A stretch of DNA of 63,755 nucleotides, filler included, from Octopus bimaculoides (taxonomy: Eukaryota), in the NCBI RefSeq assembly GCF_001194135.2. It is 5 parts of 5 records of this genome, joined end to end, with 100 filler letters (N's around TTAATTAATTAA, not from the genome) between each part and the next. Parts side by side here need not be neighbours in the genome. Positions count along the whole stretch, not along the records: positions 1 to 31,604 come from NC_068981.1; 4 more parts are not named here. One strand, written 5' to 3'. Made by a program: the position numbers and the translations under genes. Below the pieces are notes generated by a model. It worked only from the letters and a program-made list of their open reading frames with translations. It ran no database searches and was not told where the DNA came from. Shown here piece by piece: positions 1 to 11,700 of this stretch (the stretch's first letter is position 1; each line of letters opens with the position of its first letter).

Positions 1-243
1 CCTATCATAGTAGGTGCCTTAGGTATAATAAAAAATATTCAGACAAATACATAACAAAAACACCAGGACTTACAAATATATATAACATACAGAAAATTGC
101 ACTACTGGGTACTGCACACATTCTACGCAAAACACTTTCAATACAGTAAACATAAGAGCACCACAGCAAACCACAGCACATACCCAAGGCGCACAGAGCT
201 GCGCTCGGTAGTGAAGTGAAAGCACGTTATAAAAATAAAACTA

Positions 244-246
<3 letters not shown>
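1..246 (+). mobile_element. 3' end of R4/Dong-clade non-LTR retrotransposon (family A): endonuclease C-terminus plus 3' UTR
   Basis: Translates PIIVGALGIIKKYSDKYITKTPGLTNIYNIQKIALLGTAHILRKTLSIQ*, a typical R4/Dong restriction-like endonuclease C-terminus. The 3' UTR ending ...AAAATAAAACTACTG is near-identical to copies at 29348-29584 and 61943-62237. Followed by (AAT)n. Confidence 0.85.

Positions 247-315
<69 letters not shown>
247..315 (+). repeat. (AAT)n microsatellite at 3' end of R4/Dong element
   Basis: Perfect AAT run seen directly. Confidence 0.95.
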
Positions 316-317
<2 letters not shown>

Positions 318-916
318 TAAGGCCTACTGCTATTACTACTACTACCCACCACCGCTTCTACTTACAACAACAATAATAAAGGTGATGTTGCTGATGGTAT
401 TCATGTGAACTATATCAACATTGACTTGATTAAAATGTAAATTTTCTGGAAAATTTTTGGAATGGTAGCAAGAGAATTCAATGAAAACAGAAATGTTGTT
501 TACAACATTCCAAAATATAATCAAGCAATTATTTCCTTAAGTGCAGTCAAAGGAAAGAATCCTTGACGTGCTAACCAAAACGTGACGTCTAAGCCACACA
601 CCAATTGACTAAAATATCTTAAGAAAAAAAACGGGATAAATGTTAACCAAGTTGGTGCATTCACCAATGGGTGGCATCTACGTCACATACTGATTGGCCG
701 AAATACAGTTAGAACGTAGTTGGCGCGCTCAAAAAGCCCTGGCATCTAAGCCACATACAATTCGTAACATTCAGCCTGTTAACAATTCCGGTTCTGATAG
801 TTGTGATAATTATTTCATTTTGATTTCACTCATTTGCAGGTAGCATTTGAAAGGTTGTGCAATCACCAATATATTTATCGCGATTCTATCACTCGGTGGG
901 CTGCAGTATCACTGAT

Positions 917-1032
917 CTAGTGTTGCACTGTCCTTTCATGGAGCCCTCTCAGCTTCTTCATCCAATAAACTTGGACCCCATCCGGTCCTGGGCTCTTCCA
1001 ATTTCGGAGGTTTTTATAATCGCTTCTTTCAG
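917..1032 (-). mobile_element. Non-LTR retrotransposon RT fragment (start of RT, R4-like)
   Basis: Minus frame reads ERSDYKNLRNWKSPGPDGVQVYWMKKLRGLHERTVQH*; KSPGPDG plus W.KK is the conserved RT N-terminal motif. Confidence 0.7.
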
Positions 1033-1297
1033 TAATTATTTTTACGTCTAGAAATAATCTGTTTTGCCTGAATTATTTTGTTCTATTGTCTTATATTTCC
1101 ATTTTGCTTTGATTGCTACTACCCTTTCTGTTTTTAGACTCTAGATTCGAGTTACCTCTGTTTCCAGGTCTTTGTATTTTGATAGTTTCTCCATTTCTAT
1201 TAGAGAAACATTGTCATCTGTTGGTACTAATACATCGATTAGAAAGCATTTCTTTCATGATGATCTCTGACAAATATAACCGGCCTATTGCCCTAAT

Positions 1298-1508
<211 letters not shown>

Positions 1509-4500
1509 ACAAAATTATAACTCCAAGGAAACTATGGAATGTGGCATGGTCGTATAGCGTTGCTGAGGATGGAGTTGAAAGAAAGTAAAGGACACTGGTG
1601 GTTGAGTGGACACAGGGTCCAAGGCAGATGTACGATCGACAACGTGGGTTGCGTATGCGGGCAGCGTCGATAACAATAATTTGAATAGAATTTGTTGATT
1701 GTGAATGATATATACGGTGTACAGAGAATGTAGTCCTAATTGATTCTGAAAATATTGGTTTTCATTTTTCATTGCACTCTTTAAATAACAGAACATTGTT
1801 TGTTATCGAGAAAAATTTACAATGCTATTGCTATTGATTTATCTGAAAATAGTAACTAACACATCTAAAGAAGGCATGGCTAAAGATTCTAGAGACGATC
1901 AATATCAAATATAATTTCAGTGATTTAGTGGCGATACTGCGGAATCGATTTGGAGTGTCATATATCGATAGAGCTGGACAAAGTGCCTTAAACCGCGTTA
2001 ACTTTTATTCATCCATACCGTTGTCGATTTTCCGTCTACATTTTGAATAAGAGTAGAATCATCCCAATCGTATTAATCGTTTATTCTGTTCCGTATCAGC
2101 CAGCCTCTGTCTAATGCCGGAAATCGTTTATTATTATTGTTGTGGTTTAATGTTTCTCTTACATTGGGACTTCTATCGTATGCATCTAACAGCGTCCAAC
2201 TTCTATTTTCACTGAGTTTGGTTTTTGTGTTTCTACTATACACATAGCAAGTTCAGACGTTTATGTTCAAAATTCCATTTACAGAGAGTTCAGCTAAATT
2301 ATTATACTACAATATCCGTAATATATACATAAACATATGTGAGCCATAGCGTTCAACCATCATCGAATATATATTTAATATTGTTTCCTTGATATACTTC
2401 GTTCCTTTTGTTGTGCATTGAATGCAAATGAATATAAATCTACAATAAATACACTTCTTTCTTCTCTTAATTTCTTAAAACCTTTCCGCTTGCGGTTAAT
2501 ACGATTATAAGAAACAGCAACATGTATAATATGCATGATTGGTGTAATATCCTTGAAAAACGATAGCGCTATTTATATATCGCTATGTAACGTACGTTAC
2601 TTACGATATATATATGCTTTTCTAATGAAGTCAAAAATTAGTCATCTTATGCTGTATAGGTTTCTATTCAATGTGTCTGTTTATGCTTATATATTAACAT
2701 CTTACATGTTGTACACGTACAATTCCACCACAAACACGGTTTCTTTAGCTCTCTAAAAAAGTCAGCATAATGAAAATGAACGGGTAAAATCACACGAAAG
2801 TCACAGCAACGTCATCACCACCAGCTCACTGACTAACAACAAGAAACACAGTTCATCGCTGCTACCACACGTCGCCACGATTAACTCTTATGGTCATTAA
2901 GAGCGTCGATGCCTTCAAAACCCCCATGGAGTTCATTATTCTCAATACCTCTCTTATTTGTTTGTGCGATGCATGATGCTCATTCTCACACTCTTATTTT
3001 CTAATTTTCTCTCACTTCTTCCCAAGTATTTACTTCCTCCATTTTGTTTTTTAATAGTTCAACTTTCTTTCTTTATCTTTCTCTCACTCTCTCCTTCCAC
3101 CCTGTTTTGCTCTTGTTTACCTGAACATTTAGACCGTATTCTTCCCACTATTCTTGCAAGAGTTTTTATCGCTGACTTTCATTTTCTCACTCATTAATGT
3201 CTATGTTTATCTTTTACCGTCCTTTTCGTTTGCCTTCTAAAATGGTGGTTATAATGATCACCATAACCGCCACTACTATACCTACCAACAATCACTCAGA
3301 ATGTTCCAGTTACCTTTCTGAGCATAAGATACAAGGGTGATTAATTATTAGTTAATCATATGGCTGAAAACAGTGGTATTGATATGCAGCATTTGTATAG
3401 CGGTGTATAAAATAAGATGGAATGATATATATTTTTTTTTAAAGTTGTTCATATCGCCTACTTTGATCTTCAAAAATTTAAAGGCGATAAAATGAATACT
3501 ATTCAGTAATACTGGTATCAATTTTTCAATATAGGTCTGTTAGAAACTAAATGTTTGATATAGTTTGATATATGGTGAAAATAACTCCTTATTCGATTAG
3601 TAATGTATCTCGAATGCCTTTCGCAAAAACAAAGATAAACTTCTGCTGTCTATTTTTAACTGCAAGAAATCTAGTGATGAATACGAATTAAATGGTATTG
3701 TGAAAATAAGCTTATATATCTTATGATGAATGGGTAACGATGATTCGTAAGCCAGTAGTATAGAGCATCAAGAACTCCACCTATTGTGTTCTCAACTCCC
3801 TATATACATATTTCTTTTGTTCGTCTGCTTTATTCAATCTATTAAACAACTCTCCTTGTGACACGAGTAATACTTGCCGTGTGAAGAGTACAAGAGTATT
3901 GTGAGCTACAGAATTAATAGCTCATTGTGCTCGTTAAACATGTTTAGCATATCTTCTGACTGGATCGCGATGCGTTGATTAAAATAGTTTTGATTATTCT
4001 ATTAGACTACAGTACATCCATACATTTACAACTGAATTTTTTGTATAATCAAAGGACTCAAACTTTTATGATCCTAAGGACATCTTTGGTATACTTTGTT
4101 CCACATGCGAGTTTGTAACCGGGATTATTATTAAAGTAGTTTATGTTAACTTAACATGAGATTGAGACCGCAGTGATTTTTTTTTTATTTTTACTTCATA
4201 TAGGCATTACATATTCGATATTTTAGTTAAACTTAGTTTCATTTCTTTGCCAGTTCTGAAACCACTTAGTTTTATGATCATAGGATCTTGATAGAATATT
4301 ATATATTGCAAAACTATTTATTGAAGAATGGACTCACTGGAAACCGTACGCCAATTCTTAACCCAATCGGAAAACTCTTAACGCTAAATTGGATGCCATA
4401 AATAAGCATATGCGTTTCTAATGTACTATGATTTAAGAATACAATCAACTTGAAATTGAATAGTGTCGAAACGAATTGTAATTCTGATTGTTATTTTATT

Positions 4501-5123
4501 TTTTTGTATTTAGATGCTGGTTTTACGTAAGTTTTGCCAATTCAGATCTACTGTCAGTCGAAACAATGTGAAATTTAATGCTAGGGATGAAATTTTTCCT
4601 GCGTTTAATTTAAAATTTACATGTTGCCTAATAAATTCTTATAGAAATGTTAACTAAGCTATGATTTTGGTAGCAAGTTAATGGGTGAATTTGTTTCCTA
4701 TGGTTTCAACATTAAAGCTGAGTAATAGAATGCTTAAACAACTGAAAATAATTACAAACAATATTTCTTTTTGATTCTGCCCTACGCACTGATAAATATC
4801 CCTGGGATTACACAGGGTCAAACAAAATACATTTTTATTGTAGGAAAACACTGAAATGCGCACTATCAGGCATTGCACTTTACAATAAGAAATTTCATAT
4901 GTCTGTTAACGTATGAAAAATATTTTGGGAAAAGTCTCCTCACCACATTGAAGAAATGTTTCCTTTATGCAAACAATTATTTACTGCTCATGCATCATAT
5001 GTATGTGTTATTGAACTGCAAAAAAATTAAATTAAAAGAGAACTTACGAGTTATTCCAAATTGATTGAGTACCTGGTGTTTGATTCACGGACTATTACCC
5101 ATTAAGTATCAAACATATGTGTT

Positions 5124-5955
5124 TTACTTGGAAATATGCGAGCAAAAGAAAAATATTCTGAAGAATATAAACCTGGAAAATTACACAAGTTATTACACTT
5201 GGAAAAGTTCAGGACAACTGATTACATCTGGTGAACTACAGAACAAGAAAATGTTTACTTAAAATATTGAAGCTAAAGATAAAATTTCAAATAAAATATT
5301 TAGATATAGAAAATATTTGCTTTTATTAAAACTAAAATTTTATTACAAGTTATTACTTCTATTTGTTACTTGTTACTTCTATTAAAAATCAAACATAATG
5401 CAAAATATTTTTTTCACTTACATCAAGTAATATTCAGAAATTTGAAAATAGGTTATAAAAATTAATAGTAGCACATAATTAGTTAGTACAATAAATAGAA
5501 TAATACAAAAATTAGTTATATATTACAGTAAAATCTACCTATAACATATTCACAGTAAAATTTGCTTGAGTTATTGCTTAAGTAACTGCTACTTATTCAC
5601 GTTTTTAGTCTTGACACAATACCTACTTTTACATAATGAATTTGCCTACCATATATATTATTCTACTTTGCTGTTGGCACTTCTGGCTGTCAATTTTTTA
5701 CGTATTCTAGTGTGTCAACATTTTAATAGCAAGATGGTACAATTTTTTAATTATAATGCTATTTTGTAAATAAAAAAATCAAATAATTTTTTTTATATTC
5801 AAATTTCATCCTTAGCTGGAATATTTTAAGGAAAAATTTTCTTGTTCTGTAGTTTACTAGTCGAAATAAATTGTCCTTCACTTTTCCGAGTAAAATAACT
5901 TTCCAGGTCTATAATCGTAAGAATATTTTTCTCTTGCTCGCATTATTCTGTGTAA
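5124..5955. repeat. Diverged inverted repeat pair (arms ~5124-5300 and ~5785-5955), possible old foldback/MITE
   Basis: Left arm ATGCGAGCAAAAGAAAAATATTCTG...AACTACAGAACAAGAAAATG matches the reverse complement of the right arm (ATGCGAGCAAGAGAAAAATATTCTT...AACTACAGAACAAGAAAATT). A third partial copy lies at 44667-44754. Confidence 0.7.
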
Positions 5956-6909
5956 TCTATGGTTTTCCAGGCTATGCTATTATGCTAATTCATAACGTGT
6001 TAAATGTGTCAATTAGCAGTGTCGTAGATAATGTTTTCCTTAACTCAATAATGCCGGTTATATATATTAAAAGACCCTTATAGAGCTATATTCATAACAA
6101 TAGTATAGAAATAAATATTATCACCCTCGAATTTGAGAAACAAACACTTATAACGTTTTTGTTTTAAAACTTCATTGCATGGGATTGATACCAAGAAATT
6201 CCTCGAATTGAAACCTATCTTTTAAGTTTAATTAAAATATACATTGTTTTTAAAATAAAAAGTTAATTATACTTAAATCCAATTTTTTGCCTTACTTATA
6301 TTGTAAGGAGATAGTAATGGCTAAGAAACATTTGATAAGATGTCTGCACGGTGAGGGCTTTCCTATGATAATTAACATCTCCATGTATACCAAATATTAA
6401 CGAATACCCTGTTTAGAGTTAGCGGTTAGGTTAATAGGTCATAGCTTACAATAAAGAAAATTATTTCCATTAAGAAAACTAGCAGAGTAAACAAATTTTA
6501 TTAGGCAGGGAGGAATAAAATTTTATGCTGAAACCTGTTTGACTTGTGAGAAATATAAAACTGATGGTCGTTCGATATCATACTGGAAAATCAAAATCAC
6601 AATATCATTACTACAAGTGAAATAAAATGCCATTCCCTAAAAGCGATTGATTGTCGAATGATTTTCTTAGTATTCCTAATTCAAGTACTATTATATATTT
6701 ATATACATCAATATGGTCCCCTTCATCTCTGGCTTCTTTATTTTCGTAAGAACGAATAATTACTCCTGATTCATAGAACAGTTATACGGCAAATACATTC
6801 TTTGTGTCCTGAGAATAGTTTCACAACGATTATCATAATGTATTAACCTAAATTGACCCGGATGTAGTGATTAAAGATGTATTTTCGCCTACTAGATTCT
6901 TTCCTTTCA

Positions 6910-8170
6910 GAAATAAATTGTATATCCTAATTTCCAAATTATTCTGTAATTAAAATTTTACCCAGAGTTACAAGTCACCATGGCCCACGATGCAACTGAC
7001 TCACTTGTTAAAGCGGTGTCATTGTGCGATGTTGTTTTCGACTTCTGATGCTCTTTATTTTATGGTTATTTTCAAAGAAGAAACATGTAATTGTCTATCT
7101 ATAGACGTAACAATATATCATACTGTTTGTCTCTATAAACGAATGAGTTAAACTTGTTTTGTGTAAAATAGCTATCATATAGCAATATATTATTGTTTTA
7201 CTTATTTGAACATATACTGTTTTGATGGTTTGGATGTAGATAATATTCGTTCCTCAACATATACAATACAAAATTTGAGTGTTGATATATTTTTATTATA
7301 CAATCTCAAATATTCATACGATAGAGAGCCGAAGTTGTTTCCTGCAAATTTAATAGCATTATATGAGATGACTATTTTATTATTTTTTTCAGTGGGATCA
7401 TACAAGTTGAATTGTAACCAGATAGCGAGAATATATTTTTTTTTCATTTTTGCGATGCATTGTGTATTAAATATATTCCAACACAGTGATCATTGAATAA
7501 TTTGAATAATGCTGTGTCATGGAAATGAATCTATTGGCATTTCTGAATAGAAGCTAGAAAACCAATGAATACAAACAAAATTTGAAAAGAACATTTTTAA
7601 AATACTTTAAACGCTCAATAATAGAATGTTGATCATTTAAATTCTAATGATTTGTACGATTATAATGAGTATACAAAATGATTCCTACACTATTTAGACA
7701 GCTGTCTGCAAAAGAATTAGTATCCTGACTTAAAACAGAAATCATTTGCGATAACGTTAATGGTATTTGAAATCTGACTTCACTCAGTTACTGTTGATTA
7801 AAATCTGAATTACAACTGATGGGACATCAGGTTTTTATCTTATTATAATCCCCATAGTAGCCTTTTTGCTTGTTTTCTAATTTGAATAGAATTATTTTAT
7901 ATTTTACATGTCTTATAAAATTGGTTACAGTCAATGACTAAATTATTTTGTTTTCTTTTTCCACTGACTTTTTAATTGTTCTCCGGATTTCTTTTTAAGA
8001 ACAAAAATTGAAAATTAACTTAAACTGACGTATCTAAACTTCTATCTTGAACGTTTTTAACAACTGTAATAGTTGCGTTAAAAGTCTCTGCCCACTAATG
8101 GTGACTTGTAAAACTGGGCTAAAATTTAATTACAGAATAATTCGTAAATTAGTATAAATAATTTTATTTC
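6910..8170. repeat. Second inverted repeat pair (~72-bp arms at 6910-6981 and 8098-8170)
   Basis: Reverse complement of 6910-6981 (ATGGTGACTTGTAACTCTGGGTAAATTTTAATTACAGAATAATT...) matches 8098-8170 (ATGGTGACTTGTAAAACTGGGCTAAAATTTAATTACAGAATAATT...). Confidence 0.65.
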
Positions 8171-8369
8171 CCAAATGTTGTCAAATATATGAATGTAAAT
8201 GTTTAAACAGCTAAAACTATAGAAAAGAGCTTTTCATCCAATTCATCCAAAGAATGGGGATAGTAAATCTGAAGGCATTGGCTGCTAAAGCAAACGAAAA
8301 TATTGCTAAATTCAAATGAAAGTTAAATAACTATTAATAAACTTATGAAACTGGGGTGCATACGGATTA

Positions 8370-8490
8370 GTTACCACATCGGACAAAATGCTTCGTGGCA
8401 TTTCGTTCGGCTTACGTTCTGAGTTGAAATATCACCGATATTGTCACTGCTTTTATCGTTTCGTGGTCGATAAAATAGGTACCAGGCGTT
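8370..8490 (+). mobile_element. tRNA-derived SINE family 1, degenerate
   Basis: CGGACAAAATGCTTCGTGGCATTTCG...ACGTTCTGAGTTGAAAT matches the family core seen in better copies (e.g. 60013-60443). Confidence 0.65.
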
Positions 8491-8544
8491 GCACTTGTAA
8501 TACAAAAGATTATTAGTGTATATAAGGAAAAATAGGCATTTGAA

Positions 8545-8715
8545 ATGTTGGCACAAGACAAGTAATTTTGGAGATGAGGTAAGTCGATTACATCGACCTC
8601 AGTATTTAACTAGTACTTATCTTATCGACGCCGAAAAGATGAGAGGCAAATTCGACCACGACGGAATTTTAACTCAACACGTGAAGACGGATGAGATGCC
8701 GCTAAGCATTGTCTG
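8545..8715 (-). mobile_element. tRNA-derived SINE family 1
   Basis: Reverse complement of the family core (AAGTCGATTACATCGACC...GGCAAATTCGACCACGACGGAATTTTAACTCA). Confidence 0.75.
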
Positions 8716-11700
8716 AATATTTTTTGCCTTTTAACTCCCAACCCTATCAAACTCAAATTTAGCAGTCAACGTTGAGAGGAACAAATGTTAAAATGTCAAA
8801 TGTCAAATGTTAAAATATTATTTTACCGGAAAATGAATACATTGACCAATTCTGTTGTATCAAACATTTGATTCTTGTATTACAGTGTTTGAGTACGAAT
8901 GCATATTTATGTTTGCGATGGTTACATGTGCAGTGCATGCACGTCTTTATGGTAAGCCAAATGCCTTAAACTTCGTTATACAATATGCTATAAGACGATA
9001 TGTTGCGATCATACCACACAAAAGGACAATTGTAAAAATATGTAAGTTGTGTACTTAGAATTGCGTGTACTTAAAATTTCGAAAACCACTGGCGTTACAT
9101 GCTTCGTTTTATGCGGATCATTGCAGTTTTGTGTTAACAATCTCAGGAGATTTTTTTCTGTTTTTTCCATCCTCGTCGAATTGGAACCAACTAAGAACTG
9201 ACTTCTTTGAGTCTACGCCAGCCAAAGAAGTGTTGACAAATGAGAAATCTCTCTCTCTTTCTATCTCTCTTTCTCTATCTCTCTCTCTCTCTCACTCTTT
9301 CTCTCCGGGATATGTCTTTTTTATTATAAGTCCCGTCATTTGTTTTCTTTTTTCTTGATGTAACAAAAACTTATATTTGTATACAGACCTTAACTTGAAA
9401 ATAACGATAATATATTCACCAGCTCAGGGCAGCTACATAACGGCAACAAATTTTATGTTTAAAAGAATATTGACAAATTGTCAATTTGCATTTTGTAAAA
9501 ATAAGCTACTGATTGTTTTCCTTTACGTATCGATACGGAGATGAGAAAACAAAATAAGTTTTCTTCACTGTATTAAAAATGTGTCTTTTTTTCAACATAA
9601 GTTTCTAGGCAATATTCTATTCGTATAATATTAAATAAAATTTCTATTACGTGGAAATCTTATTTTAAAACAAACTAGGACTAGACATACATAATTTTGA
9701 GACTGCAATGTAAGTAGCATTTCCAACCAGACTGTTTCAAGTATATACACATATATGTATACACGCCCTTACTCTGATATTTTGATACAAGAACAATATA
9801 TCTGGCGTAATGGAATTAGACGATGAAAAATTTATTCAATTAAATACGCTTCTAGTTTTGACACAACAGTATAAATAAAAGGATCTTGCTTGATCCGCTC
9901 CGCATTTCCTAAATTAAGATAAAAAAATAAAATAAAATATTTTAAGGCATTTAGGACAGCGAATTGCTAATTTGACAATTAACTGCTGCATTTCACGTTT
10001 CAATTAATTATTTCTAAGTCAAAAAATTTTGAAGAGGAAATTTGAAATGATTGTTTCAACTTCAGTTCTTGAGTGGTACGTTAATCTGTCTGCACGGAAA
10101 TTTTGAAAATCAAAAGTGACGGTGACAGTTTTTTTCTATACAATGTATAGAGTTGTAAATAAATATTGCAAGTTGTTTTGCACATCACTCCAAAGATTCT
10201 GCTTATCTACCGTCTTTAAGCTTCTATTATTGATAATTTGGCGCAGTTGGGTTCACTAATATATTTCAGTTATGAAATTCTGCCGATTCGCCATCCCTTT
10301 TCTACAGATGAATAAATCTCATGTATAGTTTTAATTGTTGAGTTTTAAAAAAAATTGACAACATTCAGGAAATGTAATGATTATATTAATTTCAGTATCC
10401 TCCTTATCCTCCTTACATTTTAATCCATGCGGTACGAGTGGGAAATGCCTTCTGAGGCTTCTATTCTAGTTGCTAAACTAATTTCATATTAGCAGGTTAG
10501 ATACACTAATCAGGATTATTTATTGCCTTTAAAACCTAAGTTGCTGAAAATACATTTTTGAGTGGGAAATATAACAGAATAATTTTGAATTATGTAAGAC
10601 AATGAAAATCACTACATAGAATTGCAAAAATTTATCTAATCTTACATTAGCTTCTTGATAAATTTAAAGTGGTTTAAGTATTTCATTTAACCCGGATGAA
10701 GTCGGGAGGAAACCAATATGCTTTAATATTTACTCTATTTCATCGTACATAAAATTCTGCCGCGTTACACTTATATACGTCAAAGTAAGAAATTCTTTTT
10801 TTCATTTATTCTTTTTTTGTGCTAGGCCGTCTATTTATCGGCATTAAATACCTTCCCAGAATCAAAAATATTAAATGCGACTAGTCAAATGAAAAGAGTC
10901 AGTGACGTGATACAATTTGCAAGAGACGTTGAACTAAATCGCTGAATGTGAAGTAATATCGTATTTAGTTGCATACATATAAAACATATAAAGGTATAAA
11001 CTAATTCTGCTTCGCAGTATCTTAGAAGTCTGTTTCTTCATAAAGAGAAGACACAAACTATTAATGAAAGTTCTTTTTATCCAAATGCGTAGATATAAAA
11101 TAGAAGTTACGTAATTATCTTCCTGATATCCGAAGATTTCACATTAAAGTCTTGCTCTACGATTAATGTGGTAGAAAGATGGCCGTCAACACTCTTACAA
11201 ATGACGATATCGTTGCTTTATAGCACCATGTCAGACTAGATGAAATAGATACGATTATAGTTATCTTAGGCGTTACCACTTCACCTGAGGTATCTACGAA
11301 TTACATTACCCATTCTTTTGTACCGTTCCTAAGATATAGGTTGGATGCAAGATTTTTGCACTGTTATTTATGGCCAGAGGCTCTACACGCTATATCAAAC
11401 ACGTTGTCTCAAGCTTCTCATCAGCAAAGTATGTTGGCACTGGTAAAGTAGTAGGTTTCTTCATTAGTGTGGAAATTAGGATACCAAGTGTTGTACATTT
11501 CTAATAATATCGAGGAAATTCTAGCGTTATTGTAGATAGAAATTCTGGGACAATTGATGACCCGACGTCCATCATATATCTGAGATTTCTTTTTGTCCCA
11601 ACTTGGAAAAAAAAGTAAAAAAGTAGAAGCTAAAGTTAGCAATATCTACATTGACATAAGACAACATCATAACTATTAAAAATGAAAGTCACATCGACAA

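Noticed and set aside
1860-2050. Open frame HLKKAWLKILETINIKYNFSDLVAILRNRFGVSYIDRAG, vaguely like a Tc1 C-terminus
   Set aside because: No diagnostic motif; could be chance.
11170-11642. Near-open frames on both strands
   Set aside because: No homology recognised and no convincing splice sites.
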